64,000 bases of DNA from the NCBI GenBank assembly GCA_965216755.1, contig CBDCGL010000011.1, positions 3,072,001 to 3,136,000 on the forward strand, written 5' to 3'. The notes beneath the pieces were generated by a model, which worked only from the letters and a program-made list of their open reading frames with translations, was not told the DNA's origin and did not search any database. The DNA comes from Alphaproteobacteria bacterium (GTDB lineage Bacteria; Pseudomonadota; Alphaproteobacteria; UBA7887). Below are positions 1 to 9,993 of the stretch, piece after piece (position 1 is the first letter of the stretch; every line of letters starts with the position of its first letter). Position numbers and translations under genes: made by a program.

Positions 1-456
1 TACTTATCCGGCGAACGGCGAAATTTGACCGCCCTGGCGCGGGCCATTTCCGTCGGCGAATCATACGGTCCAAGTCTTTCTACCTTGGCTTATGGCGCGC
101 CCGCACTCGGCCCGGTCACCGATATCCCCGGGGCGACACTGGGGGTGGGCGGCGGTACCAGCCCGTTGGTGGTGATTCAATTCGACCGTCCCGACGTCGC
201 GTATGAGCAACCGCTCTACGCCGCGATCAGTGAAGCTTTGGCGCAACGGCCCAACGCGAATTTCGATCTCGTCGCTGTGACGCCGGCACGCGGCAGCCCG
301 AGCGAGATGGCCACCGCGTCCGGACGATCAAAGAAGAACGCGGAACGTGTACTACGCGCCTTGATTGCCATGGGCCTGCCGGCGGAACGGCTGAATCTAG
401 GCTCCCAAACCAGCAACACGGCAAGTGACAGCGAAGTGCATGTTTTTGTTCGCTAA
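1..456 (+). CDS. 3' part of a hypothetical protein with an OmpA-like C-terminal domain (5'-truncated by window edge)
   Basis: Frame is open from base 1. C-terminus has 'PLVVIQFDRPDVAYEQPLY...AERVLRALIAMGLPAERL...EVHVFVR', an OmpA-C-like pattern. Confidence 0.6.
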   Translation, partial: YLSGERRNLTALARAISVGESYGPSLSTLAYGAPALGPVTDIPGATLGVGGGTSPLVVIQFDRPDVAYEQPLYAAISEALAQRPNANFDLVAVTPARGSPSEMATASGRSKKNAERVLRALIAMGLPAERLNLGSQTSNTASDSEVHVFVR

Positions 457-928
457 CGCGTTTTTTCAAGCAGGCGCGTTTCGTCGGTTGCGGGCCCTGG
501 GTGGGCTGAGCTGGACCATTTTGGCGTTGTTGGTTGGTGCCGCATTGGTGGGTCCGGTGGCGGTTGCCGCGGATGAGGATGTCACGCGGGCGGAAATTCA
601 GCGCATTATCGAGGCGCAAATAGACGCTTTTCGCCGTGACGATAGTGCCGCTGCGTTTGGCTTCGCCTCGCCCGGAATTCAGGCGCGCTTTGGCACCGCC
701 GACACCTTCATGTCGATGGTGCGGCAGGGATACCAGCCTGTCTACCGACCGCGCGCGGTCGAATTTGGTGCATTGGAAATGGTTCGCGGGCGTCTGACCC
801 AAAACGTCCTGGTGATCGGTCCGGACGGCATGCCCGTTCAGGCGCTGTATCCCATGGAACAGCAGGATGATGGCAGCTGGCGCATTGATGGTTGCGTGCT
901 GGTCGCTTTCGACGGTGAAGGCGCGTGA
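425..928 (+). CDS. DUF4864-type exported protein (start uncertain)
   Basis: Hydrophobic signal segment, then 'IEAQIDAFRRDD..AAFGFASP.IQ..F.....FM.MVRQGY.PVYRP...WRIDGCVL'. Confidence 0.75.
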   Translation: MTAKCMFLFANAFFQAGAFRRLRALGGLSWTILALLVGAALVGPVAVAADEDVTRAEIQRIIEAQIDAFRRDDSAAAFGFASPGIQARFGTADTFMSMVRQGYQPVYRPRAVEFGALEMVRGRLTQNVLVIGPDGMPVQALYPMEQQDDGSWRIDGCVLVAFDGEGA

Positions 929-943
929 GTTGCGGCGCGCGGC

Positions 944-1876
944 TTAGCCGGCGTCGCGCGGCATGATCGCGAGATTGTCAATCAACCGCGTGTCACCAAT
1001 ATGCAGAGCGACCAAGACCCGTGCCGGACGCGTCGCCCGGGTAACTTTTTCAAGGGTCTCGGAATCGCGTATCTCAAGATAGTCGATGTCGCCCAATCCC
1101 AATTCACGCAACCGCGTAAGCCCGCGCGGTATTTCGTTTTGTGCCAAGCCACCATCGGCCATTCGACCGGCGATATCGGCGAGCACGCGGTTGATCAATC
1201 CCGCGCGTCGACGTTCGTCCGGCTTCAAATTGACATTGCGCGATGAAATTGCCAATCCGTCGGCTTCGCGCACGGTCTCAACCGGCAAAATGCGCACGGG
1301 AATGTCTAAGTCTCGTGTCATTTGGGTGATCATGCGCAGCTGTTGATAGTCCTTTTCGCCGAACACGGCGACGTCGGGCATGGCTTGCATGAACAGCTTG
1401 GTGACGACTGTCGCCACGCCGTCGAAATGACCCGCGCGATGATCACCGCAGAGTCCCTCCGTGATGCCTGCGACGGAAACGGTGGTAACAAATCCGTCGC
1501 CATACATTTCTGTAAGGTCGGGCACAAATGCCAAATCGACCTGCGCCGCGACAAGCTTATCCAAATCCGCTTGTTCCGTGCGCGGATAGGTGCCGAAGTC
1601 CTCGTTTTCACCGAACTGTTTCGGGTTGACAAAAATGCTGACCACCGTGCGCTGACAGGCGTGCTGCCCGGCTTCCACCAACCGCATATGGGCGTCGTGC
1701 AGTGCGCCCATGGTCGGCACCAAGGCAATCGACTCACCGGCGGCACGCCAAGCCGATACCTGGCGGCGCAGATCGTCGACATTGCGCGCGATCGCCAACT
1801 TGGATTCGGCATCTGGAAAGGCATCGACCATGGCTAAACCGTAATCTCGCAGTTGCAGCACGTCAACGCGGCTCAC
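944..1876 (-). CDS. panC: pantoate--beta-alanine ligase (start GTG 1876 or ATG ~1831)
   Basis: VPTMGALH, SIFVNPKQF, GHFDGVATVV, FGEKDYQQL, READGLAISSRN and TRLIDN motifs. Confidence 0.95.
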   Translation of the reverse strand: MSRVDVLQLRDYGLAMVDAFPDAESKLAIARNVDDLRRQVSAWRAAGESIALVPTMGALHDAHMRLVEAGQHACQRTVVSIFVNPKQFGENEDFGTYPRTEQADLDKLVAAQVDLAFVPDLTEMYGDGFVTTVSVAGITEGLCGDHRAGHFDGVATVVTKLFMQAMPDVAVFGEKDYQQLRMITQMTRDLDIPVRILPVETVREADGLAISSRNVNLKPDERRRAGLINRVLADIAGRMADGGLAQNEIPRGLTRLRELGLGDIDYLEIRDSETLEKVTRATRPARVLVALHIGDTRLIDNLAIMPRDAG

Positions 1877-2049
1877 ATTGTGTCTTGGTTGCTGTCGGCG
1901 GCGTCTTGGTCTTCGTCGTCAAACAGAATCCGGTTGGCCGCGCCATCCAGATCGTCGAATTGACCGGCGCGCAGCGCCCACAAGAAAGCGCCAAGCCCGA
2001 GCAAACCGAGCCCAAGGGCCACCGGAATCAGCCACAATATGCCGCTCAT
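1873..2049 (-). CDS. ccoS: cbb3 oxidase assembly protein CcoS/FixS
   Basis: 58 aa MSGILWLIPVALGLGLLGLGAFLWALRAGQFDDLDGAANRILFDD. ATGA overlap with ccoI stop. Confidence 0.93.
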   Translation of the reverse strand: MSGILWLIPVALGLGLLGLGAFLWALRAGQFDDLDGAANRILFDDEDQDAADSNQDTM

Positions 2050-4445
2050 TTGCGCACCGTTGCACCGCGTTCGCGGCTGAGTCTGAGGGCGTTCAATGTA
2101 ACAATCAACGACGAGCTCGACATGGCGATCGCCGCCCATAGCGGGGTGATCAAACCGGCAATCGCCAGCGGCACCGCGAACAGATTGTATACCACCGCAA
2201 GGCCGACATTCTGGCGCATGACTCTATACGCGCGGCGCGCGGTCGCCAACGCGGTCGTGACCGGCGCCAAGCGATCGCCCATGAACACCACGTCAGCCGC
2301 GGCGCGGCTGATATCGGCGGCGGTGGCCGGCGACATCGATGCCCAGGCTGCCGCCAAAGCCGGCGCGTCGTTGAGACCATCGCCGACCATGACCACCCGC
2401 CGTCCCGCCAGGCGCCACGCCTCGAGGGCCGCGACCTTGTCGGCTGGGCGACAGTCGCCACGCCAGTCCCCGATGGCCAATGCCGCGGCGACGGATTTCA
2501 CCACCGGGTCACGATCGCCAGAGCGCAAGGCGACGGTAAAACCGAGATGTCGAAGCGACGCGATCGACGCCGCCGCGTCCGGTCGCAAAGGATCATCAAA
2601 CACAAACCGTATTGGCGTTTTGCCGGGCACGGCCAACCACAGTTCCGGGCCGTCCGCACCGGCGTCAGACGCGTTGCCATGGGGATCGTCGCCGATCCAG
2701 GCGCGACTGCCGAGACGCACCGGCCCTTGTGGTGCGTGCGCGATCAAACCGGCACCGGGCTGTTCGCTGACACCTTTGGCAACGGCGACATTGGGCAGTG
2801 TCGCAGCCAAGGCCCGCGCCAAGGGATGACGGCTGGCCGCGGCAAGGCTTGCGGCCAGTTTCAGGCTCTCGCGGTCGTGGGCCGAACCGGCGCGCAAACG
2901 CGGCCGGCCCAGTGTCAATGTGCCGGTCTTATCGAACACGACCATATCCGCACGGGCCAAGCGCTCGAGTGCGGTGCCCGACGTCAACAATATACCGTCG
3001 GCAAACAGGCGGCCGCTGGCAGCCACTTGAACCACCGGCACGGCCAGCGCCAACGCGCATGGGCAGGTGACGATCAACACCGCGACCGCGTGCAGCAAAG
3101 CAGTCTGCCAGTGCACCGCGCCGAGCAGCAACCATCCGGCGAACGTGACCAGCGCCAGGCCGTGTACCACCGGCACATAGACGCGCGATACCCGGTCCGC
3201 CAACTGGGCAAAGCGGCTGCGGTCCTGCTCGGCGGTCTCCATCAGGCGCACTATGCCGCCCAACACCGTATCGTCGCCCACGGCGGTCACGCGCAGCCGC
3301 ACCGGCGCTGTCACATTCACCGTGCCGGCGAACACATGCTCACCCGGGCCCGCTGCGACCGGCGTGCTTTCGCCGGTGACCAGCGCACAATCAAAGTCTG
3401 ACCTGCCATCGATGACAGTGCCGTCGACGGGAACGCGTTCGCCCGCCGTCAGTTGCACCAGGTCGCCTTCGTTGAGTCGCGTGATGGCCGTTTGCACCGC
3501 GCGACCCTGGCTGTCGATCCGCGTTGCCGCGGTTGCCTGAAGCGAAAGCAATTGCTCGGCGGCGTGGCGCGCCTGCCCCCGCGCGCGGTGTTCAAGCGTA
3601 CGTCCGATCAGCAAAAAGAACAGCAAGCCGACAGCCGCGTCGAAATATGCGTGGTCGGCGTGGCTCGCGGTTTGGCCGACACTCACCAAGGCCGCCAGAA
3701 CAACCGCCAGCGAAATCGGCACGTCCATGTTGGTGTGCCCGGCCCGCAGTGCCGCCAGCGCCGCACGAAAGAACGGCCGGCCGGCATAGGCAATGGCGGG
3801 GATCGCGATGGCCGCCGAGATCCAATGCATCAGGTCGCGCGTGACCGGGCGCATGTCCGATGCCGCCCCCGCCCACACCGCGACCGACAGCAGCATGATA
3901 TTGCCAGCCGCAAACCCCGCCACGGCCAGGCACCGCAGCAGGAACTGTTGGTGACTATGGTCGGCGTTGGCCAGCGCCTCCAAGTCATAAGGAACCAAAC
4001 GATAGCCAAGCTCAAAAACGCGCGCGGCCAGTGTTGTTGCGTCGGTTTGGCCGGCGCGCCAGGCCAATCTGAGGCGCCGGGTGGTCATGTTGACCCGCGC
4101 CGCGACCACACCGGGCATACGGCCGAGCGCGGTCTCGATCAGCCATACACAGGCGCCGCAATGCAAACCGTCGATCATGGCGTGGACGGTTACCACATCG
4201 CCGTGGCGTCGTTCGAACGCCGCCCAATCCACGGTGGCGTCGTTTTCCGGCGGCTTCGGCGGGCGCTGCGTGGGGTCAAGCTGGCGTCGGGCATAATAGT
4301 TGCCCAAGCCAAGGCCGCGGATCAGGGCGTCGGCCGCTTGGCAGCCCGCACAACAAAATCGCGCACCGCCCGCGCTTCCAGCCAAAACAGGCTGGCCGCA
4401 ATGGGCGCACGCAGGTGGCGCGTCGCGCCCGGCGGTTGCCGTCAT
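2046..4445 (-). CDS. ccoI: Cu-translocating P1B-type ATPase CcoI/FixI
   Basis: N-terminal CAHCG..FCCAGC, HMA GLHCGAC, TGES, CPC, DKTGT and GDGLND motifs. Start set at the ATGA overlap with ccoH stop. Confidence 0.93.
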   Translation of the reverse strand: MTATAGRDAPPACAHCGQPVLAGSAGGARFCCAGCQAADALIRGLGLGNYYARRQLDPTQRPPKPPENDATVDWAAFERRHGDVVTVHAMIDGLHCGACVWLIETALGRMPGVVAARVNMTTRRLRLAWRAGQTDATTLAARVFELGYRLVPYDLEALANADHSHQQFLLRCLAVAGFAAGNIMLLSVAVWAGAASDMRPVTRDLMHWISAAIAIPAIAYAGRPFFRAALAALRAGHTNMDVPISLAVVLAALVSVGQTASHADHAYFDAAVGLLFFLLIGRTLEHRARGQARHAAEQLLSLQATAATRIDSQGRAVQTAITRLNEGDLVQLTAGERVPVDGTVIDGRSDFDCALVTGESTPVAAGPGEHVFAGTVNVTAPVRLRVTAVGDDTVLGGIVRLMETAEQDRSRFAQLADRVSRVYVPVVHGLALVTFAGWLLLGAVHWQTALLHAVAVLIVTCPCALALAVPVVQVAASGRLFADGILLTSGTALERLARADMVVFDKTGTLTLGRPRLRAGSAHDRESLKLAASLAAASRHPLARALAATLPNVAVAKGVSEQPGAGLIAHAPQGPVRLGSRAWIGDDPHGNASDAGADGPELWLAVPGKTPIRFVFDDPLRPDAAASIASLRHLGFTVALRSGDRDPVVKSVAAALAIGDWRGDCRPADKVAALEAWRLAGRRVVMVGDGLNDAPALAAAWASMSPATAADISRAAADVVFMGDRLAPVTTALATARRAYRVMRQNVGLAVVYNLFAVPLAIAGLITPLWAAIAMSSSSLIVTLNALRLSRERGATVRK

Positions 4446-4960
4446 TTTACATAAAGGCGCGCGTGTGTTTGATAGCGGTCGGAACGGCGCGCCGCTTGGA
4501 CATGGACGTCCCAAATTCCCAACAATGGCACGTCGACCGCAGCCGTGTAACGTCCGGCGCCGGTCGCCCGCAAGGCCAAATCCTGATCGTATCCTTCATG
4601 GGTCGGCCGCCGCCAAGCGGCGACCATGGCCAGATCGGTCACCGGCCGGCCATCTCGATCTTGAACGGTCACCAGCAAACGGCCGGATGCGCTTCCAGCC
4701 GGCACGCCGGCGCCGTCGTCCGGCTCGAACGTCACCTTCGCCGTCCACCCCAGCTGGTTCTGCTGGTCTTGCGCAGCCAGCGCGTCGTTGTAGTGGAGGC
4801 CCTTTTGGTAGTGGTCTTCGGTGGTCAGGCCGGTCCAACTGGTGAGCGCGAACCAGACGAAAATCCCATTCACGACGACCGCAACACCAAGCCCACTAAA
4901 AAGGACAAACGGGATCCAGCGCGATGTCCGTTCCGGCTGAGGACTATTTTTCAGGGCCAC
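4442..4960 (-). CDS. ccoH: FixH/CcoH family protein (GTG start inferred)
   Basis: 'RWIPFVLFSGLGVAVVVNGIFVWFALTSWTGLTTEDHYQKGLHYN' and RPTHEGYD. Lies between ccoG and ccoI. Confidence 0.88.
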   Translation of the reverse strand: MALKNSPQPERTSRWIPFVLFSGLGVAVVVNGIFVWFALTSWTGLTTEDHYQKGLHYNDALAAQDQQNQLGWTAKVTFEPDDGAGVPAGSASGRLLVTVQDRDGRPVTDLAMVAAWRRPTHEGYDQDLALRATGAGRYTAAVDVPLLGIWDVHVQAARRSDRYQTHARLYVK

Positions 4961-6404
4961 GGAATACGCTTTCTTGGCGCGCCACCTCGCCCGACGCAAG
5001 GTCGGTCACCACAAACGCCACGTCGACGCTTTCATCGTCAAGCGCGCGCGCCGGCGCGCTGACCAAAACACGATGGCTCTCCAACCGATCGGAACCGACC
5101 GTTAAATCAATACTGTCTGGCACGTCACTGTCCAGACCAACGACCTTCATCTCGGCGCCAGGCGGCCCTTCGATCGCCAAGCGAAACGATCCCGTATCGT
5201 GATACTTGTTCAAGATCTTGACCGTGTAGGCATTGCGCACGCTGCCGTCCGATAGCATGACAAACAGGGGATTGCGATCGTGCAACACATTGACCGAGAA
5301 CGATGCCCGCGTCAGCAACGTATACAGCATCAGGCCGCCGGCCAACGCCATGACACACACATAGACGATCGTCCGCATGCGGATCGGATGGACATGGCCG
5401 ACCTTGCCTTGCCCACGCAAGGCCAAATTGGCCGAAGTGTCATAGCGGATCAATCCGCGCGGCCGGCCAACACGGTCCATCACGCCATTACACACATCAA
5501 CGCACAAGGCACAGGTGATACATTGCATCTGTTGACCGTCGCGAATGTCGATGCCGGTCGGACACACCGCGACACATTGGTTGCAGTCGACACAGTCGCC
5601 GCGCCCCTCCCACGACGCGCCTTTCTTGTGTGATCCGCGCGGTTCGCCACGATAGTGGTCGTAGGAGACGATCAGCGTCTCTTCATCAAACATGGCCGAC
5701 TGAAAACGGGCATAAGGGCACATATAGGTGCACACCTGCTCGCGCGCGAAACCGGCCAACAGATAGGTGCTGCCGGTCAGAAATGCGATCGTAATATAGG
5801 CGGGCGCCGGCGCCGAGAAGGTCACGAGCTGGCTCAGCAGGGTCGGCGCGTCGGCGAAATACAGGATCCAGGCGCCGCCGGTAAGCAAGGCGATTACCAA
5901 CCAAAGGCAATGTTTGGTGATCCGCTTGCGCAATTTGGCCAAGCTCCAACGCGCCTTGTCGAGACGCATTTGCGCGTTGCGATCGCCTTCGACATAGCGT
6001 TCGACAAAGATGTACAGGTCGGTCCACACCGTTTGTGGACAGGCATAGCCGCACCAGACACGACCAGCGAGGGCCGTGACGAAGAACAATCCGATCGCCG
6101 CCAGCACCAGCAGCCCGGTGATGTAATAGAACTCCTGCGGCCAAATCTCGATAAAGAAGAAATAAAAGCGGCGCGCCGGCAAATCGAGCAGCACCGCTTG
6201 ATCGGGCAAATGGGCGCCGCGGTCCCAACGCAACCACGGCACACCCCAATAAATCGCCAACAGCACCGCCATGGCGATCCATTTCAGCGTTCGATAGCGC
6301 CCCCTGACCGCCTTCGGAAAGATCTTCTGGCGCGGGGCATAGAAGGCTTCGCTCGCCCGCTGGTTGACGGCGGCGGCATCCTCGACCGGAACCTCGGTTA
6401 CCAC
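4944..6404 (-). CDS. ccoG: cbb3 accessory polyferredoxin CcoG/FixG
   Basis: GRVWCGYACPQTVW, CTYMCPY, CVDCNQCVAVCPTGIDIR and CITCALCVDVC motifs. Confidence 0.95.
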   Translation of the reverse strand: MVTEVPVEDAAAVNQRASEAFYAPRQKIFPKAVRGRYRTLKWIAMAVLLAIYWGVPWLRWDRGAHLPDQAVLLDLPARRFYFFFIEIWPQEFYYITGLLVLAAIGLFFVTALAGRVWCGYACPQTVWTDLYIFVERYVEGDRNAQMRLDKARWSLAKLRKRITKHCLWLVIALLTGGAWILYFADAPTLLSQLVTFSAPAPAYITIAFLTGSTYLLAGFAREQVCTYMCPYARFQSAMFDEETLIVSYDHYRGEPRGSHKKGASWEGRGDCVDCNQCVAVCPTGIDIRDGQQMQCITCALCVDVCNGVMDRVGRPRGLIRYDTSANLALRGQGKVGHVHPIRMRTIVYVCVMALAGGLMLYTLLTRASFSVNVLHDRNPLFVMLSDGSVRNAYTVKILNKYHDTGSFRLAIEGPPGAEMKVVGLDSDVPDSIDLTVGSDRLESHRVLVSAPARALDDESVDVAFVVTDLASGEVARQESVFRGPEK

Positions 6405-6419
6405 TGCCGCCGTTTCATG

Positions 6420-7292
6420 CTACTGGCCCCCACCCAAGGCGTGCACATAGACCGCCAATTGTTTGATCGTCGCATCGTCCAACCGTCCGGCCCAAGCCGG
6501 CATGTGGCCCGCGCGCGCATAGCTTATGATGTCGACGATCGTATCCTTGTCGCTGCCATAGAGCCAGATGGCGTCGTTCAGACGCGGTGCACCCAGATCG
6601 GCGAGCCCTTCGCCCTGTTCACCGTGGCACGCGGCGCAGTTATCGGCAAAAAGCGTTTCGCCGCGGCCGGCAGCGGCCTCGTCCGTGGCGGCACCGGTCA
6701 ACGACAGCACATATTCGGCAGTATCGTTGACCTCATCATCGACGAGCATTTCAAACGTCTTGAAAGGCGGCATGTCGGAAATGCGTGTTTCCTCATCGGT
6801 GGGCGACCGAATGCCGTGGCGGATGACCGAATAAATGGTATCGATGTCGCCGCCCCACAACCAATCATCGTCGTTGAGGTTGGGATAGCCGGGGCTGCCG
6901 CTGGCGCCCGACCCATGACAGGGCGCGCAGTTGTCGCCGAACGCGGCCGCGCCGCCGGCCATGGCGAAACGCAGCAAATCCGGATCGTCCAATACCGCCG
7001 CCGGCTCTGCCCCGTCAATCTGATCGACCCATTGGCTTTGCGCGGCACGCGCGGTGGCCATTTGGTCCAACACAACCTGGCGCTGGGAATAGCCGATGAC
7101 GCCCTTTGTATGGCTGCTGATCAGCGGCCAGGCCGGCATCACAATCCAATAACCGATCGCCCAAATAATGCTCGCATAGAGGACATAGAGCCACCATCGC
7201 GGCAAGGGTTGGTTTATTTCTGTCAAACCGTCCCAATCGTGGCCCGTGGTCGGCAACCCGGTGAGTTCGTCTTTTTTAATCTCAGTGGACAC
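6420..7292 (-). CDS. ccoP: cbb3-type cytochrome c oxidase subunit III (diheme c)
   Basis: TTGHDWDGL.E.NQPLPRWW and two CxxCH motifs (CAPCH, CAACH). Confidence 0.96.
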   Translation of the reverse strand: MSTEIKKDELTGLPTTGHDWDGLTEINQPLPRWWLYVLYASIIWAIGYWIVMPAWPLISSHTKGVIGYSQRQVVLDQMATARAAQSQWVDQIDGAEPAAVLDDPDLLRFAMAGGAAAFGDNCAPCHGSGASGSPGYPNLNDDDWLWGGDIDTIYSVIRHGIRSPTDEETRISDMPPFKTFEMLVDDEVNDTAEYVLSLTGAATDEAAAGRGETLFADNCAACHGEQGEGLADLGAPRLNDAIWLYGSDKDTIVDIISYARAGHMPAWAGRLDDATIKQLAVYVHALGGGQ

Positions 7293-7295
7293 GGC

Positions 7296-7442
7296 TCAAT
7301 CATCCTGAAAGGGAATATGGGCGGCACGGCGAAAGCGATCGCGATTGCGCGGCCAAAACGCCCATAAGGCGACGGCCACGAAAATCGCGACCATGACCAC
7401 AAGGGCAACGCTGCGGACGACGGTTAAGGCATCGAGTTCCAT
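7296..7442 (-). CDS. ccoQ: cbb3-type oxidase subunit CcoQ (48 aa, absent from the ORF track)
   Basis: Hand translation: MELDALTVVRSVALVVMVAIFVAVALWAFWPRNRDRFRRAAHIPFQDD*. Lies between ccoO and ccoP with an upstream GGAG. Confidence 0.9.
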   Translation of the reverse strand: MELDALTVVRSVALVVMVAIFVAVALWAFWPRNRDRFRRAAHIPFQDD

Positions 7443-7457
7443 CAGCAAAGGCTCCGA

Positions 7458-8183
7458 CTAACGAAAATCGCGGCTGGGGTCATAGGTCGTGAAATCGACC
7501 AACGTGCCCAGCATTTGCAGATAAGCAACCAAGGCATCCATTTCGGAAACGATCGTCGGATCCCCGTCGAAGTCGGCGACCACCGCCTTCGGATAACGCG
7601 TCAGCAAGCCTTCGTGATCGGCTTCCGGGTCGGCTTGGGCGGCCAGGTCTTCTGCGGCGGCGGCGACCATTTCCTCGGTGTAGGGTACGCCGACGACTTG
7701 GTTGGTGGCCAGGTGGGCGTCGATATCGCCGGCGTCGACCGCCCGGTTCATCAAAAAGCCGTAGCCGGGCATGATCGATTCCGGCACCACCGCGCGCGGG
7801 TCGATCAAATGCTCGACCTGCCACGCGTTCGAATATTTGCCGCCGAGGCGCGCCAAATCCGGCCCGGTGCGTTTCGACCCCCATTGGAACGGATGGTCAT
7901 ACATACTTTCCGCAGCCAAACTATAGTGACCGTAGCGTTCCAATTCATCGCGGAATGGTCGCACTTGCTGGCTGTGGCACACATAACACCCTTCACGGAT
8001 GTAGATGTTGCGCCCCGTCAATTCCAACGGAGAATAGGGTCTGACGCCGTCAACTTCTTCGATCGTGCTGTCCAGATAATAGAGCGGCACGATTTCGACC
8101 AAGCCGCCGACGATGACGGCCAACAAGATGAGAACACCCATGAGCAGCGTATGGCGTTCGATAACGTCGTGCTTGATGAGCAT
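7458..8183 (-). CDS. ccoO: cbb3-type oxidase subunit II
   Basis: [20 protein letters not shown] and [12 protein letters not shown] motifs. Confidence 0.97.
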   Translation of the reverse strand: MLIKHDVIERHTLLMGVLILLAVIVGGLVEIVPLYYLDSTIEEVDGVRPYSPLELTGRNIYIREGCYVCHSQQVRPFRDELERYGHYSLAAESMYDHPFQWGSKRTGPDLARLGGKYSNAWQVEHLIDPRAVVPESIMPGYGFLMNRAVDAGDIDAHLATNQVVGVPYTEEMVAAAAEDLAAQADPEADHEGLLTRYPKAVVADFDGDPTIVSEMDALVAYLQMLGTLVDFTTYDPSRDFR

Positions 8184-8204
8184 GTTCCGCCTCCGCCGTA
8201 AGCT

Positions 8205-9662
8205 CTAGGACGCCGTCGCCGGCGCACCGGCAGGCATGGACTCTTCGGTTTCACCACGCGCCGTGCGCCACAAATTGTAGACCATGATCAACGAACCGAG
8301 GACAAACAGCGTGCCGCCCAAGGCGCGAATGACATAGTACGGGTGCATGGCTTCGACGGTCTCGACAAAGGAATATTCCAGGAAGCCGAGCGAATCGTAG
8401 GCGCGCCACATCAGGCCCTGCATAATGCCGGATACCCACATGGCGGTGATGTAGAGCACGATGCCAATTGTCGCCAGCCAGAAATGATAGCTCACCAAGC
8501 GAAGCGAATAGAGCCGTTCGCGCTGCCACACCATCGGCACCAGGCAATAGAGGGCGCCGAAGCTGACAAACCCAACCCAGCCGAGGGCGCCGGAATGGAC
8601 ATGGCCGATGGTCCAGTCGGTGTAGTGGCTGAGCGCATTGACGGCCTTGATCGACATCACCGGCCCTTCGAAAGTGCTCATGCCATAGAAGCCGACCGAG
8701 ACCACCAGGAAGCGCAACACCGGATCGGTGCGCAACTTATCCCACGCGCCCGACAAGGTCATGATGCCGTTGATCATTCCGCCCCACGAAGGCATCCACA
8801 GCATCACGGAAAAGGTCATGCCCAAGGTCTGCGCCCAATCGGGCAACGCGGTGTAGTGCAGATGGTGAGGTCCCGCCCAGATATAGAGAAAGATCAGCGA
8901 CCAGAAATGGACGATCGATAGGCGGTAGGAATAAACCGGCCGCTCCGCGCGCTTCGGGATGAAGTAGTACATGATGCCCAGAAAACCCGCGGTCAAAAAG
9001 AAACCGACCGCGTTATGGGCATACCACCATTGGGTCAGCGCGTCGTGCACGCCCGAATAGAGGATGTAGCTTTTCGCCCCCGTCCACGACACCGGCACCG
9101 CCAGATTGTTGACGATGTGCAGCATCGCGACCGTGATGATAAAGGCCAGGAAGAACCAGTTAGCAACATAGATGTGCGATTCGCGACGCTTCATCAGCGT
9201 GCCCGCGAACACCACCAAATAGACGACCCAGACGATCGTCAGCCACAAGTCGGCGTACCATTCAGGCTCAGCGTATTCTTTCGACTGGGTCACGCCGAGC
9301 ACATATCCCAGCGCCGCAATGACAATAAAGAAATTGTATCCCCAAACGACGAAATGTGCGGCGCCGCCACCGAACAGACGCGTCCGGCAGGTACGCTGAA
9401 CAACAAAAAACGACGTGGCCAACAGCGCATTGCCACCAAACGCAAAAATCACCGCAGACGTATGGACCGGGCGCAACCGCCCGAACGTGGTCCATGGCAA
9501 GTCAAGATTTAACGCCGGAAATGCCAGTTGAAAGGCGATCAAATCCCCGACAAGGAATCCGACCACGCCCCAAAATACGGTCGCGATGACGGCAAGCTTG
9601 ACGACCTTATAGTCGTAGGGCGTCGCCGCTACGGCCACGCCCTGTGCAGTCGTGTCGGTCAT
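8205..9662 (-). CDS. ccoN: cbb3-type oxidase subunit I
   Basis: [36 protein letters not shown] and WTIGHVHSG motifs. ATG 9662 follows GAGGGGG. Confidence 0.97.
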   Translation of the reverse strand: MTDTTAQGVAVAATPYDYKVVKLAVIATVFWGVVGFLVGDLIAFQLAFPALNLDLPWTTFGRLRPVHTSAVIFAFGGNALLATSFFVVQRTCRTRLFGGGAAHFVVWGYNFFIVIAALGYVLGVTQSKEYAEPEWYADLWLTIVWVVYLVVFAGTLMKRRESHIYVANWFFLAFIITVAMLHIVNNLAVPVSWTGAKSYILYSGVHDALTQWWYAHNAVGFFLTAGFLGIMYYFIPKRAERPVYSYRLSIVHFWSLIFLYIWAGPHHLHYTALPDWAQTLGMTFSVMLWMPSWGGMINGIMTLSGAWDKLRTDPVLRFLVVSVGFYGMSTFEGPVMSIKAVNALSHYTDWTIGHVHSGALGWVGFVSFGALYCLVPMVWQRERLYSLRLVSYHFWLATIGIVLYITAMWVSGIMQGLMWRAYDSLGFLEYSFVETVEAMHPYYVIRALGGTLFVLGSLIMVYNLWRTARGETEESMPAGAPATAS

Positions 9663-9993
9663 GCGTACACGTCCCCCCTCATGTGACGCAGGCTGTAAAA
9701 CATGCACACTGTGACGTGCAGGACCGACTGCGTCAAACTCGTCGTTTGGGCCGGAGCAGCGACAACAACCATTCGCATGCGGCGCACTCCGGCAAGGGCC
9801 TAATTCTCAGCCGCAAATCGCAGCAGGCCACCCCATGCTGCACTGCAACGAAAACGATGCCCATCCTGTGAATCAACGACCTCCACGCCTTAACCCAAGT
9901 TAACCGCGTGGTGCGGACGGCGTGATTGTGCGGCGAAAGCGACACTCATGGTAGAACGCCCCAATCGGGCCCATCAACTTTGCGGATAAACGC

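Noticed and set aside
5655-7367. Long antisense ORFs (5655-7367, also 1702-2829, 26210-27400, 40592-41842, 44441-45886)
   Set aside because: Shadow frames of well-supported genes in high-GC DNA, with no recognisable motifs.
9890-9904. CtrA site TTAACCCAAGTTAAC
   Set aside because: Spacer is 6 nt, not 7.
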